From Scenedesmus sp. PABB004 (lineage: Eukaryota): a DNA stretch of 64,000 nt. The stretch's first letter is position 1. Each line of letters opens with the position of its first letter. The position numbers and the translations under genes are program-made. Below the pieces are notes generated by a model. That model did no database searches, had not been told where the DNA came from, and was given only the letters and a program-made list of their open reading frames with translations. The stretch is from positions 1,054,001-1,118,000 of the forward strand of contig JABVCE010000013.1 of NCBI GenBank assembly GCA_014905635.1, given 5' to 3'. Below, piece by piece: positions 23,971-41,362 of this stretch.

Positions 23971-25213
23971 TCAGCCGCAAAAGCGCGCCACGTCCGCCGC
24001 GAGTGTCTCGTGCGCCACGAGCGCCGCTGCGAGCTTGCGCGACACCGCAGACGCGAGCGCCGCGTGCCTGCCGTCGCCGGGCACCGTGTGCGCGCGCAGG
24101 CACGCCTCGGCGCACTTCACCGCCAGCTGCTGCGTGTCCAGCCGCGCGCGCACCGCCTCCTGCCGCAGCGCCGCGACGGCGGCAGCGGCTGCCTCCAGCT
24201 CAGCGAGCAGGGCGGCTGCCCCGTCGCCGTCCCCCGTGCGCTGCTGCTCAGCCGCCACCCGCTCCACAAGGGCCCTCAGCTGGTCCAGGAACAGCCCCAC
24301 GCACAGCTGGGCGCGCGGCACCTCGGCGAGCAAGCAGGCCCAGAGGCACACGGCGCGCTCCACGTGCAAGTCTCTGCGCTCGACACGCGCCAGCCCGTCC
24401 ACCAGGAGCTGCACGTGCTCCACGGTCACGGCGGCGCCCAGCCGCGCGCGGGCGGCGTCGCCGCCGGCCGCCGCAGCGCGCGAGAGCGCCAGCAGCACGC
24501 CCAGGCTGCGCAGGCACGCAGACACGCGCTGCTCGCCGCCGCCGATCCCATACCAAACATACCGATCCGTCATTCCCACCAGCAGGTCCAGGCCCTCGCT
24601 CCGCAGCAGCGCGGGGAGCGCGGCCGGCAGCGGCACGAGGGGCACCAGCACCTGGACAGCGCTGCCAATGTCTGTGTCGGAAACAATGCCACCTGTGCCG
24701 GAAGGAAGGCTGGCAAACGCGTCCACGAGCTGCACCAGCGGCGCCCCCGCCTGCGCCAGCTGCAAGGCGCCATGCTGCGCGACACAAGTGATGAGTGCAA
24801 ACACATCCTGGTGCCTGCGATAGGCTTGAGACCAGGGGGCCGGAATGCGCAGGACCGCCGCCACCGCGCCCGCGACAGCGCCGGCGTGCTGCACCAGCAC
24901 GTGCCGCCCGGCCGCGCTGCGCAGCCCAATCCAAGCCCCAACCTGCATGGCTGTGTCCACCTGCAGCTGCGTGCTCCCGGCAGCAGTGATCAGGTGCAGG
25001 AGCTCTGGCAGCATCGGCCGCAGGCTGGCATGAGCAGAGACTCTCCTGGCGGCCTTGACTGCCAAAATCTGCATCTGTTCGTCCTCGCCGCGCTGCATCG
25101 CCGCCGACAGCAGCGTCGCGGCGTGAGGTGCCATCAGCCGGCTCGAAAACCCGTGGGCCTGGGTCAGCTCGCCCAGCAGCTCGGTCGCTGCTGCAGCACA
25201 CCAGCGCCGCCGC

Positions 25214-25258
<45 letters not shown>

Positions 25259-25986
25259 GGCGACGGCGACGGCGGCGGCGACTGCTGCTGCTGCTCTTGT
25301 GCAATCGCCTCCACGAGAGCTGACACCAGCAATGGCCAGGAGCTGCTGGCCGCGGCCCTGGTGATGCGGGCGGCCACGTCCTCCAGGTCAGGCTCGCCCG
25401 CCTGGCCGCCCGCCGCCTGCTGCTGGACGCTGCAGGCGTGCAGCAGCAGGAGCACGCCCTGCTCGGCCGCCAGCACGGCCTCCAGCATCGGCGCTGCGCC
25501 CGCCAGGTCAAACGCCTGCCAGACGACGCGCACCGCCACGCGCGCCGCCTCGGGCTCGCCGCCGTCAGAGGCGATGCGCAGCAGGCGCCCCATCTGCGCG
25601 TGCGCCGGCTCCGCCAGCGCTGCCAGCAGGCGCACGGCGCCACCGCGCGGCTGCAAGGCTGCGCCCAGGCTGTCCAGGAAGGCCGGCTGCGCCATGGCCG
25701 CCAGCTGCGCGGCTGCCGCGCCCTCCTCGCCCTGCTGCAGCGCGGCCAGCAGCGCCTGCTGCGGGTCCGCCGCCGCGTCGGGCTTGGGCTCGGCCTTGGC
25801 CACACCCCGCCTCTTGGCCGGCGGCGCCGCGTCTCCGCTGGCGTCGCCGCGAGCGCGCTTGCCGCCCGCCTGGCGCTGCTGCCCGGCAGCGGCCGCGCCT
25901 GCCGCGGTGGCGTCGCCGCTGGGCGTCGCCTGGGCGGCCTGCCGCCTGCTGGGGCCAGCCCGCCCGCCGTTGGCCTTGTCAGACAT
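23971..25986 (-). CDS. Intronless ~671 aa alpha-helical (ARM/HEAT-like) protein of unknown function, copy B (intact), with N-terminal basic NLS-like motifs and polyQ
   Basis: Single ORF from ATG 25986 (MSDKANGGRAGPSRR...GKRAR...PPAKRRG); amphipathic helical repeats such as LLRSEGLDLLVGM. The fold assignment is by eye only. Confidence 0.7.
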
Positions 25987-26570
25987 CGCAGCGCGCACCC
26001 CTGCGCAGCGGCGGCAGCGTCGACGGGCGCGGCCGTGCGCGTGTGGCGCGCAGCGTGCGCCGCCGGCGTCGGCAGCACGCGCCTGGCCGGTCGGCGGGCA
26101 GGGAGCGGCCTTGAGCGGCTGGCCGGGAGAGGCGGCTGTGCGCGCTGGCGGCGGCGCGCCCGCGGCCAGCGGCGCCGCGCTGCCCTCGCCACGGGCGCGC
26201 CGGGGGGTGCGTGCGGTGGCGACCAGCGCCGGGCGCGCAAGTCGAGGTCGCCCCGCGGAGGGCGAGGCCTGCGGCGGCGCTGCGGCGCGCGGCGGCGGGC
26301 GCTGCTGCGCAGACGGCGCGTGCGCAGCTGCTGCTGGGCGTCGGGGCGCGCAGCTGTGCGGGGCAGCCGGGCTCTGAGCACGGCGCGGCGACGGGCACCG
26401 CGGACCAGGCGCGGTTCAGGGGGCGGCGCGCGGTCCAGGGCGCGGGCGGCCGCTCGCAGCCGCCGCGGGCGTCCACACACGGGCCAGCGATTCCTTGCAG
26501 CGCTGCCGCCCGGCGGCGCACACGCAGGCCCCCGCGCCGCGCCGCGCCGCGCCCGTGAGCCCGTGCTCGC

Positions 26571-28430
26571 TCACGGGTCCCCGCCGCCGCCGCCGAGCTT
26601 GCCCGGCAGAATGCCCGCCATCTTGGCCAGGCCCTCGCGCGTGCGCGCTGCGGTCTGCTGCATGCTGAACGGCTTGAACAGCGCGGGCTTGGCCCCGCCG
26701 CCGTCGCCGCGCGGCGCGCCCGGCGAGCCGCCGCCGCCGTCGCCGCGCATCGACATGCTGCTCGCCAGCTCACGCGTAAAAGTGTTGACGCTGAGCTTGA
26801 GCGCGCTCAGGTTGGCCGCCGCGCCGCCGGGGCCGCCCAGGCCGCCAAAGCCGCCGCCGCCGCCGCCGCCGCTGCCGCTGCCAAAGCCGGCGGCCGGGCC
26901 GCCGCTGCCGCTGCCGACGCCGGCGCCGCCCGGGGCGCCCCCGCTGCCGCTGACAGACCCGCCGGGCGCGCCCGCCGCCGCAGCCACGCCGGGCGGGTGG
27001 TGCGGCCCCGGGCTGGCGCCGCCGCCCCCGCCGCCGGGCGCGGCGTCGATGCCGCCGCCGCCGCCGCTGCTGCCGCCCACCTTGCGCCCGTACTGCGCGA
27101 CCAGCTCGCCCGCCAGCTTCTTGGTCAAGCCCTGCGCGCCGCGCCCGGCGGCGTTGCCGCATTCAGGGGCGCGCGGCGCACGCGCCGCGCCGCGCGCCGC
27201 ACACGGTCCTCGCCGCACGGCGCGGCACGCCGTGCCCGCGCCCAGCGCGCCCAGCGTGCCCCGCGCGCCCAGCGCGCGCCTTGAGGTCGCAGACGCGGGC
27301 CAGGTCGTGCGGCGTGCGCGCGCCGGGGGGCATGAGCAGGATGAAGGTGTCGACCAGGTTCTCCGGCTTGGCCTGCGCCGCCGCCACAGCGCGCGACGTG
27401 GCGCGTCGGCGGCGCGCGCGGCCGCGGCGTGCGCGGCGGCGCAGGGCGGCGGCGCGGGGCCCACGGCGCGGGGGCGCCCAGCGCGGGGCTGCCGCCCGCA
27501 CGCGCACGCGCTGTGCCCCGCCGGCACGGCCGCGCCGGCCGGCCGGGCGGTAGCTCCGCCGCCGGCGCGCGGCGCACCTGCAGGACCTTGACCAGGTTCA
27601 CCGCGCCGCCCATCTCCCGCTCCACGTAGTGCGCGTACGGCGCCGAGTCGGCGCCGTCGTCGAGCGGGCGCGCCACGCGCGGCAGCTCCAGCAGCAGCCG
27701 CCGCACGCTGTCGGCGTCGATCGCCAGCTGCAGCGTGCCCTTCTCGCTCACCCTGTGGGCGCGGTGGCGCGGTGGCGGCGCGGCGGCGCGGCGGCGCGGC
27801 GGGGCGGGGCGGCGGGTCGGGCGCCGCCCCGCGCCCGCCTTCTCCCCCCTCCGCGCCTGCTGCCGCCGCGCGCCCCGCGCGTCAGAGGCCCCCCCCCCCC
27901 CGCCTCACTTGCGCAGGCGGTAGATGGTCTCAATGAAGCGCGGCACAAACATGCGGCCCATCTTGTCACAGAAGAAGGCAAACTGCCCCCGGTCGAGCGC
28001 CGCGCCGAGCCGCGGCGCCGCCTCGACCAGCAGCGTACGCCGCATCGCCGCGACGTACGGCGAGTCGTCGCCCGGGCTGTCGATCGCGTCCCAGCGCACG
28101 CGCAGCATGTCCTGCGGCCCGCGGCCGCCCCGCGGCGCGGCGTCGCGCGCAGCCCGCGGCCGGCGCGGCGGCGGCGCGTGCGCGGCAGGCGGCGCCGCGC
28201 CGGTCCGGTCCGGTCACCTGCAGGCAGGCGTCGAGGCGCGTGTTGACGCCGAGGACGAGCACGCTGAGGCACTGGCTCGCGACGCCCGTGAACGCGCTCT
28301 CCTCCTCGCCCAGGTCCACCTCCAGCGAGGCCCGCGCGCTGCTGCTGGCGCCGGGCTTGACCTCCTTGGCGATGAGCCGCCCCAGGCCCTCCGTCGTCTC
28401 CCTGCCAGAGGCGGCGGCGGCGGCGGTCAC

Positions 28431-28473
<43 letters not shown>

Positions 28474-31400
28474 GGGCGGGGCTCAAAGGCCCAGCGCCGC
28501 ACATCGCCGTGCCGTGCTGCGCCGCGCCGCACCGGCAGTACTCTGCCGTGGCGAGGATGGCCGCCAGCACCGCCTCCTCCTCCTCGGGCAGGCGCACGTG
28601 CCAGTCGGTGCCCGCGTACGGCGCCTGCGCGCTCGTGCCGCCCGCCGCGGTCTTGGGCAGGCGGCGCAGCAGCTCGCCGGCGTACGCCGACAGCACGCGC
28701 TGCGGGCGGCGGCGGCGGCGACGGTGGGCCGGGTCGGCGGCCGGGTCGGCAGCCGCGATCGGCAGCCGCGGCCGGCAGCCGCGGGCGGCAGCCGCGGTCG
28801 GCAGCCGCGGCCGGCAGCCGCCGCGCGGCGGGCCTGGCGCGGCGTGCCTTGAACGCGCCCGCGAGGCGGACGAGGGTGATGCCGCGGCTGACGAGCTTGA
28901 CGCAGCGGTGCAGGCTGGCCCGGATCTTTATGAACAGCGCGTTGGCAGAGCCGAGCACGCGGCTGCAGCGCCACCGGCAGCGGCGGCGGCGGCAGCGGTG
29001 AGAGCCGCACCAGCCCCGAGCGCCGCGCACGCGGCCGCCATCATGCGCGCGCGCGCGCGCGGCCCCTGCCGCCGCGGCCGCGCGCCCACCTGCCCTCGCC
29101 CTCGGGCGGCTTCCAGCCGCGCTCGCCCTCCTCGCGGATGAGCTGCTCGAGGTGCTTCAGCAGCTGCGGCGCCGCCGGCAGGCACGGGGCGGGCCGGGCG
29201 GCGCTCGCCGCGCCCGCCGCACGCTGCGCGGCGCGCCGCCCCGCCCGTGCGCAGCACGCCCCGCGGCGCGGTGTGCCGCACCTCCTTCTGCTCCTCCGCC
29301 ACGTAGTGCTGCAGCGCGTCCTCAAAGGCCTCGCTGATTGCGCCCTCAAACGCGACGCGCGCCGCCGCCGCCGCCGCGGCCTCGGCCGAGCCGCCGGCGG
29401 CGCCCGGCGGCGCGCCGCCGCCGCCGCTGCCGGCCGCCGCGGCCGCCGCCTTGGCCGCCGCCGCCGCGGCCGCGGCCTGCTGCTTCTTCCGGAACGCCTC
29501 CAGCCGCCGCCGCGCCTCGCTCGCGGGCAGGCTGTCGACGTCCTGCGGGCAGCGGGTGCGCGGCGCGCGTCGCCGCCCCCCCGCGCGGGACGGGACGGAC
29601 GCGCCGGGCCGCCGCCGCCGCCGCCACCCCGGGCGCCGCAGCCGGCGCGGTCGCCGCCGCGGGCACCGCGGGCGCCGCACCTGCAGGTCGTCCTCGTCGT
29701 CGCCCGCCGCCGCGCCGCCAAAGAGGGCGGCCATCTCGCGCTCAAACTTGTTGGCCGCCACGACCGTCTTGATGAGCGGCCCCACGTCCGCGCGCACCAG
29801 GTCCTCGCTGTCGCTCAGCAGCCGCTTCACCGCCGCCTGCGCACGGCGCCGCGGCCGCGGCGGCCGCGCGAGCTCGGCGCCGGCTCGGCAGTGCGGGCAG
29901 GGCACGCGGCCGCCGCCGGCGCCGCCGCCGCCGCCCGCCCGCCGCGTCCATCCCCTCGCGCCTTTGTGATCTTGCAGAAGGTCAGGCAGAGCATCTGCGG
30001 CACGCGCCACGCGGGCGGGAAGACCTCCCACACCTCCCTGCGCTCCTCCAGGCGCGCCTTGAACCACGCGAAGCGCCGCTCAAACCTGCGCCGCGGCGGC
30101 GGCGGTCGGGGCCCGCGCGGCGCGCCGGGACGCTCGGGACTGCTGCCGCGCTGCTGCCGCGCGGCGGCGGGCGCCGCCGCTGTGGGCAGGCAGCGCGCGC
30201 CTGTCGAGCTTGGCCGCGTCGCCGCTCATGGAGAAGATGGTCTGATAGACCGTCATCTCCCGCTCACACAGCCAGTCCATGAGCGTGTCGCGCACCTGGT
30301 GTTGGGTAACAGCACAGCAGCGGCGCGCGGCGCGGGCGGGGCGGGGCACGCGGCGTGGGCGGCGCGGGCGCGCGGGGGCTGCGCGTGGCGCGGCCCGCAG
30401 GCGGCGCCCGCGCCCCCGCGCGCCTTGGGCCCCAGCGCGTTGACCACGAGGCAGGCGTTGGTGAGGCGCTCGACGTTGTCGGGCGTGAGCTTCGCGTCGC
30501 TCGTGCCCAGCAGCAGCTTGAAGTCGTCCAGCACCGCGTCCTGCAGCCCCGCCTGCGCGCCGCCGGGCGCGCGCGCGCGCGGGCCGCCGCCGCGTGGGCG
30601 CGCGCCGCGGCGTGGCGGCGCCCGCGCGCGCTTTACTGCCGCCGCCTGCGCCCGCGCGCCTGCACGACGGCGAGGCGGCGGCTGAGGCTCTGGATCTTGG
30701 GGACGTCGGTGTAGTGCGCAAAGTGCTCGAGCAGCTGCCCCACCGCCTCCAGCAGGTTGGCGCAGCGCTTGTACTGGTCCCGACGGTACCCGACCTGCGC
30801 GCGCCGCGCCGCGGCGGGCAGGCGGCGGCGGCGCGTGCGAGGCGGGGCTGCTGAGGGGGGACGAGCCGGGGAGCGCGCGGCGCCGCGCGGCGGCGAGCGC
30901 GCCCGTGCGGCGCCGCCGCGCCTGCTCGAGGTCGTCCACGGCCGCCGTGAGCATCGCGAGGCGGCGCAGGCTGGTGATGGTGTGCGTGAGGTGGCGCTTG
31001 GCGCAGTCGAGCTGCGCGCGCACGGCGGCGCGCGCCGGCGCGCGGCGTGGGGCGGCGCGCGTCGCCGCCGCGTGGCCGCGCGCGCTGCGCGGCCGTGCCT
31101 GCGGCCGCCCGCCGCGCCGCGCCCCCCCCCCCCCCCCCTCGCACCCACCTTGCGAATGTCGCGGCAAATCTCCTGCACCAGCACCTCGCTGTCCGCCGCC
31201 TTCTTCTGGATGTCTCGGATGCGGCCAAACAGGTCGGTGATCTGGCCCGTCGCGACGCTCAGGTCCTGCCTGCACGCGGCGCGGCGGGGCGCGGGCACGG
31301 CCCGGCGCCGCCGTCGGCGCGCCGTGCCGCGCAGCGCGCGCGTCCTGCGAGCGCGGCACGGCGCCGCGCCCGCGCCCCCGCGCCGCGCGCACCTGGACCG

Positions 31401-31924
31401 CGCCTGCGTGCCGCTCTGCGTGCGCACCGCCTGCACGATCTCCTTGTCGGCCGACTTGATCTGCGCCGGCGCCCGGAGCGGCGCGGGCGCGGCGGCTGTG
31501 GCCCTGCGCCGGCGCCGCCGCCGCCCGCGCGGCGCCGCGCCGCGCTGCCCTCTGCCGCGCGCCACAGCGTGTGGCGGCGCGCTGCGGCGGCCGCGCGCAG
31601 TGCACCTGCTTGCGCAGCATGTCGATGAACTTGTCCAGGTCGCCCAGCGAGCTCTCTGCGCAGGGCAGCGGCGGCGCAGCTCGGCGCCACAGGCAGCGCG
31701 CCGCGGCGGCGCTCGCGCGCACAACCAGCGCCCAGGCGCACGCGGGGCTGCCGCGTGCGCGCACCGTCGGGGTAGATTTGGTTCACAAACTTGGTGGGGT
31801 CGAAGTTTTCGGAGTCAAACACGTCGCTCTTGCGCTGGAAGGGCGACTTGAGCGTGACCGGCGCGGGCGCTGCTGCGTCGCCGCCGCCGCCGCCGGCGAG
31901 CGCGCCGGCCCCCGGCTCCGACAT
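26571..31924 (-). CDS. VPS53: Vacuolar protein sorting 53 (GARP/EARP complex subunit), multi-exon
   Basis: DVFDSENFDPTKFVNQIYPD|ESSLGDLD...DLFGRIRDIQKKAADSEVLVQEICRDIRK|LDCAKRHLTHTITSLRRLAML; WEVFPPAWRV; FEGAISEAFE; GTLQLAIDADSVRRLLL. Confidence 0.95.
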
Positions 31925-32363
31925 GGCCGGGCGGCGCCGGGCGCTCAGCGGCGCATGGGCCTGGGCGCCGGCGGGGCGGCTGCGGGGCTGCGCGCCGCGC
32001 GGCGCGGGCCGCGCTGTCCGGCGCTGCTGTCGACCGGGCGGCGCGCGCGGCGAGATCGGCGGCGAGGGTCCGGGTCTGGAGCAGTCAGTCGGCACGGGCC
32101 TGCGGGCGGGAGGCGCGCACAGGGCGGCGGCGACGCCGCACGACGGTTGCGACGAGCGCTGCGCCGCAGCGGTTCTCGGGCGCCCGCTGGTAAAGGTCTC
32201 GCTCCCGCGGCACCGCCTGATCGCTCGGCTCAGCCAGGCCGCCCCCACCAGCGCCCGCGCGCACGGCGCCAGGCCCGCATCTCGTGGCAGCTGCTGCCGG
32301 CACCTCCGCCACGCACGCGCGCCGCCGGCCGCCGGGCGCGGCTGAGCGGCCCGCGGGCGCGGC

Positions 32364-34668
32364 ATGTACCGCATCGGCGACGAGGAGGAGGCGGAGGACC
32401 GCATCTTCCTGCAGGCACGCGCGAGCCGTTCACGCGCCGCCAGCGCGGCGCAGCGCAACGCAGCAACGCAGCAACTCAGCCCGCGCGCCACTGACGCACA
32501 CGCACACGCCTCCTGCAGGGCTTCGACCGCATCGAGCAGCAGAGCGCGCTGCGCGCCCGCTCCGACCTGCACCGCCGCCGCCTCAAATGTGCGTGGGCCC
32601 CGCCGCCGCAGCGGCCAAGCCCGGCGCGGCGACCTGACCGCAGATGCCGTGGCGGCAGCGCAGCGCCGCCGGCGGGGCCGCCGACGCTGCCGCGCGCCGC
32701 TGCTGCGCCGCCGCAGACGCCATGGCCGGCGCGGGCGCGCTGATCGGCGTGGCGCTGCTGGTGGGCCTCGCCGTCGGCGCCTCGCGGCGGGCGCCGCCGC
32801 AGCCGTGGGCGTGCCCGCCGGACGCTGCGTCGTACGACGCCAGCTTTTTTGTGGTGCGTGTGCGCGCCCCGCGCGGCGCGTGCCGCTCTCGGCGGCGCGT
32901 GCCGCCCGGCGCCCGCGCCGCCCCTGAGCGCGGCGCGGCGGCCGCGCGCCGGCGCGCGCAGATCGGCGACTGGGGCCGGCAGGGCAACGCCAACCAGCGC
33001 GCCGTCGCGCGCATGATGGCCGACGTCGCGGGCTGCATGGCGCCGAGCTTCATCCTCAGCACGGGCGACAACTTTTACAAGCGTGCGCTGCGCGGCGCCG
33101 CGGCGGCGCTCACGCGCGCGCCGTGCAGCACCGCGCGCCCCGGGCGCGCGGCTGCGCCGGCGGGGCCACGCCCGCGCGCGCCGCCGTGTCTTGTTTCACG
33201 CGCGCGCAGACGGCCTCAGCTCCAAGACCGACCCCAACTTTGTCGAGTCCTTTGTCGACGTCTACAACGACCCCGCGCTGCTGGTGCGCGCCGCCCGCCC
33301 CGCAGCCGCGCTGCGCGCCCGCGCGCGGGGCGCCCCGACGCTGAGCCTCGCGCGCCCCGACCCTGCAGCCGCTGCCGTGGTACGCGGTGCTGGGCAACCA
33401 CGACCACGCGGACGGCATCGACCCCGCCACCAACGCGGCCTGCGCCGCCAACCGCCTCGCCGACTGCCCGCCCGGCTGCTGCTACTCGCCCGCGTGGCAG
33501 GCGCGCGCCTGAGCGCCGCCGCGCTCACACAACGCGCCGCGGCGGCTGACGCCCCCGCGCCGCCCCCCGCCGCGCCGGGCCACGCCCGCGCAGTACACGG
33601 GCAACATGAACAACACGCGCTGGCACTGCCAGAACGGCACGTACGGCGCGCCGCTGCGCGACGGGCGCCTGGTGGACGTGGTGCTGCTCGACACGAGCCC
33701 CTTCATCAGCCGCTACGCCAAGGAGGCCTGGTTCGCCAACGCGGGTGCGTGGGCGCGGCGGCGGCAGAGGGGCAGGCGTTCAGGGCGCGGCGCGGCGCGC
33801 GCGGGGTCGTGTTGAGCAGCGGCGTGGCCGCGGGCGGGGCGGCCGGCGCGCGCGCGCGGGCCGCCGCGACCCGCCGCCTCCGCGGCCGGCCGGCGCAGAC
33901 GGCATCTGGGCGCAGAACGCGACCGCGATCCGGGCGCAGCTGCGGGCGCGCCTCGCGGCGAGCAAGGCGCGCTGGAAGCTCGTGGTCGGGCACCACCCGA
34001 TCGCGAGCTACGGCGAGCACTGCGACTACGCGATGGAGGAGGACTGCGGGGAGATGGCCTGGCTCGAGGCGGAGCTGCAGGCGCGGCGCTGGCCGCGGCG
34101 GCGCCTGGTCAAAAGCCGCGGCGCCGCGCCGCCCCGCGGGGGGCGCTGCGCGCTCCCGCCGCGCGCCTGCCCGCGCGTGTGCGCCGCGCGCCCGCTCACC
34201 TGCTGCTGGCCGTGTGCCGCGCGCCGCGCGCGCCGCCGCGCAGGACGCGGGCGTGGCGGCCTACTTTTGCGGCCACGACCACGACCTGCAGTACATCGCG
34301 CGGCCCGGGGCGGGCGGCGACGCCGCGTCGCCGCGCCTGCCCGTGTTTGTCGTCAGCGGCGCGGGCAGCGACATCAGGCCCAACGAGCTGCGCTCGTACA
34401 AGCAGCGGGTGCGGCGCGCGGGCGCCGCGCGCGGCCGCCGCCGCGCCCGGGTCTGCGCCTCGCCACGCGGCCCGCGCGCCCGACCTCTCGCGCCCCGGCG
34501 CTCGGCCGCGCCGCGCCGCCGCGGCAGGGCGGCTACGCGCTGCGCTTCATGGCGGGGGACCAGGGCTTTGTCGCGGGCCGCGCCAACGCGAGCCACCTCG
34601 TGCTGCACTACTACGTGCGCTCCGCGCCGCAGCCCGCGCACACCGTCGTGCTGCCGGCGCCGAGCTAG
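32364..34668 (+). CDS. Purple acid phosphatase (TRAP/ACP5, PAP17-like metallophosphoesterase), probably N-terminally membrane-anchored
   Basis: Metal-binding motifs GDWG, GDNFY, VLGNHD, VVGHHP, GHDH and VSGAGS. Hydrophobic segment GALIGVALLVGLAVG follows a short hydrophilic N-terminus. Confidence 0.92.
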
Positions 34669-35232
34669 CCAGGCCGGGCGCGGCGGCGGCGGCGGGGGCG
34701 TGGGCGCAAACTCAACCCAACTCTTTGTGCTAGCGTTCTGTGCGGTGGCGCGCTGGCAACGCACAGTCCCCCCTCCGAGCGCGCCCGCGCGCGGCAGGCC
34801 GCGACAGCGGCGCCCCGGTGACGCGGCGCGGCGGCGGCGCTGGGGCACGCTCCGCGACAGCGGTGAAGCTTTCCAGACCGCCCGAGCGCGGGTGGCAGCG
34901 GAGGATGCCGCTGCGCGGCGGGGCGGGCGCCAACGCCCACCACGCGCGCCCGCCCTGCGCCTCGACCCGCCGCGCAACCGCCCCGCGGGAGCAAGTATGT
35001 GCGATCGCGCGCTGCACGCCGCGCCCCTGGCCGCGCCGCGCGCCGCGCGGAGGTGCACGGGCGCTGAGCGGCGTGAACGTGTACACGTCGCCATGTTAGC
35101 TCCGGCCCCGTGCCGTTCATAGCCCCTCTCGCATCGCCTGTCCCGCATAAATCCTCGTCGTGCGCACCCACGCCCAGCGCGATCCGTCGTGCGCACCTCC
35201 CACCCGCCGCTCCGCCGCCCCGCCGCCTCCAG

Positions 35233-35709
35233 ATGGCCGCCGCCGCGCTCCGCGCCTCCTGCTCCGCTCCCATGGGCGCCGCTGCCCGCGTGTCGCGCCC
35301 GCGGTCGGTCAGCGTGCGGGCGCACCAGGTCACGCTGCGCACGCCGTCGGGCGAGCGGAGCTTCACGTGCGTGAACGACCGCTCGCTGCTGGAGGGCGCG
35401 CTGGCGGCGGGCGTGGAGGTGCCCAACCTCTGCCGCACCGGCACGTGCGGGGTCTGCGCCGCGCGCGTGCTCTCCGGCGACGTCGAGCGCAGTGACTTCC
35501 TGCTGGACGACGCGCAGCGGGTGAGTGCGCGCGGCGGCGGTCACGCGCGTTGACTGCCGGCGACCGCGCGGCCACCGCTCACGCGCCCGCCGCTGCCTCG
35601 GCCGCAGGAGTCTGGCTTTGCGCTGCTCTGCACCAGCAGCGCCCTGAGCGACGTCACGCTGGCCACAGAGCAGGAGACGGAGCTGCACACGGTGCCCTAC
35701 GGCCTGTGA
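35233..35709 (+). CDS. Plant-type [2Fe-2S] ferredoxin with chloroplast transit peptide (2 exons: 35233-35520, 35608-35709)
   Basis: PNLCRTGTCGVCAARV (CxxxxCxxC) ... GFALLC; transit peptide ends VSVRA. Confidence 0.93.
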
Positions 35710-35924
35710 GCACGGCGCGGGGCGCGGGGCGTGGGGGCAGAGGCGACGCGTGCATTGCAATTGGCAGCTGTGACGCTGCCGCCGCGGGGCCGCGGGACCA
35801 GTTGGGGCGGCCCCTGGGGTCGATTGTATCAACACCATCACCGTTGGCGGCACTCGCCGCGCGCATGTCCATCATCACTGCTCGGCCTGCGCGGCTGGCC
35901 TGCACCGACGCGCAGCTGCACGCG

Positions 35925-35929
35925 TGTAA
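35925..35929 (+). terminator. TGTAA chlorophyte polyadenylation signal (ferredoxin)
   Basis: TGTAA ~215 nt after the ferredoxin stop; the motif is rare in this GC-rich DNA. Confidence 0.6.
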
Positions 35930-35970
35930 CTGCGCCGTCTGAGGCAGAGGGGCGCACGCGCGGCGCTCGC

Positions 35971-35975
35971 TTACA
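35971..35975 (-). terminator. TGTAA polyadenylation signal (CWC22)
   Basis: TTACA on the + strand ~95 nt beyond the CWC22 stop. Confidence 0.6.
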
Positions 35976-36068
35976 CGGCCGCCAGCCAGCCGCCACCGCG
36001 CTGCCAACACGGCCCACCCAAACGCCAATCTGCACCCCCCGTGTCACACCCGCCCCGCGGCGCCCGCG

Positions 36069-41362
<5,294 letters not shown>

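Larger units (their letters stand above)
17788..26517. repeat. Right arm (~8.7 kb) of the inverted segmental duplication
   Basis: Reverse complement of 5996-14774; see left arm. Confidence 0.97.

Noticed and set aside
5996..26517. Palindrome as a DNA transposon or composite element with terminal inverted repeats
   Set aside because: No transposase, recombinase or helicase ORF and no target-site duplication; the arms consist of ordinary genes.
28735..28825. Tandem ggcagccgcg repeats as a regulatory array
   Set aside because: Intronic low-complexity minisatellite in VPS53, typical of this genome.
35233..35709. Ferredoxin as the dedicated partner of the RCCR gene
   Set aside because: About 18 kb away with unrelated genes between; no evidence beyond co-occurrence.
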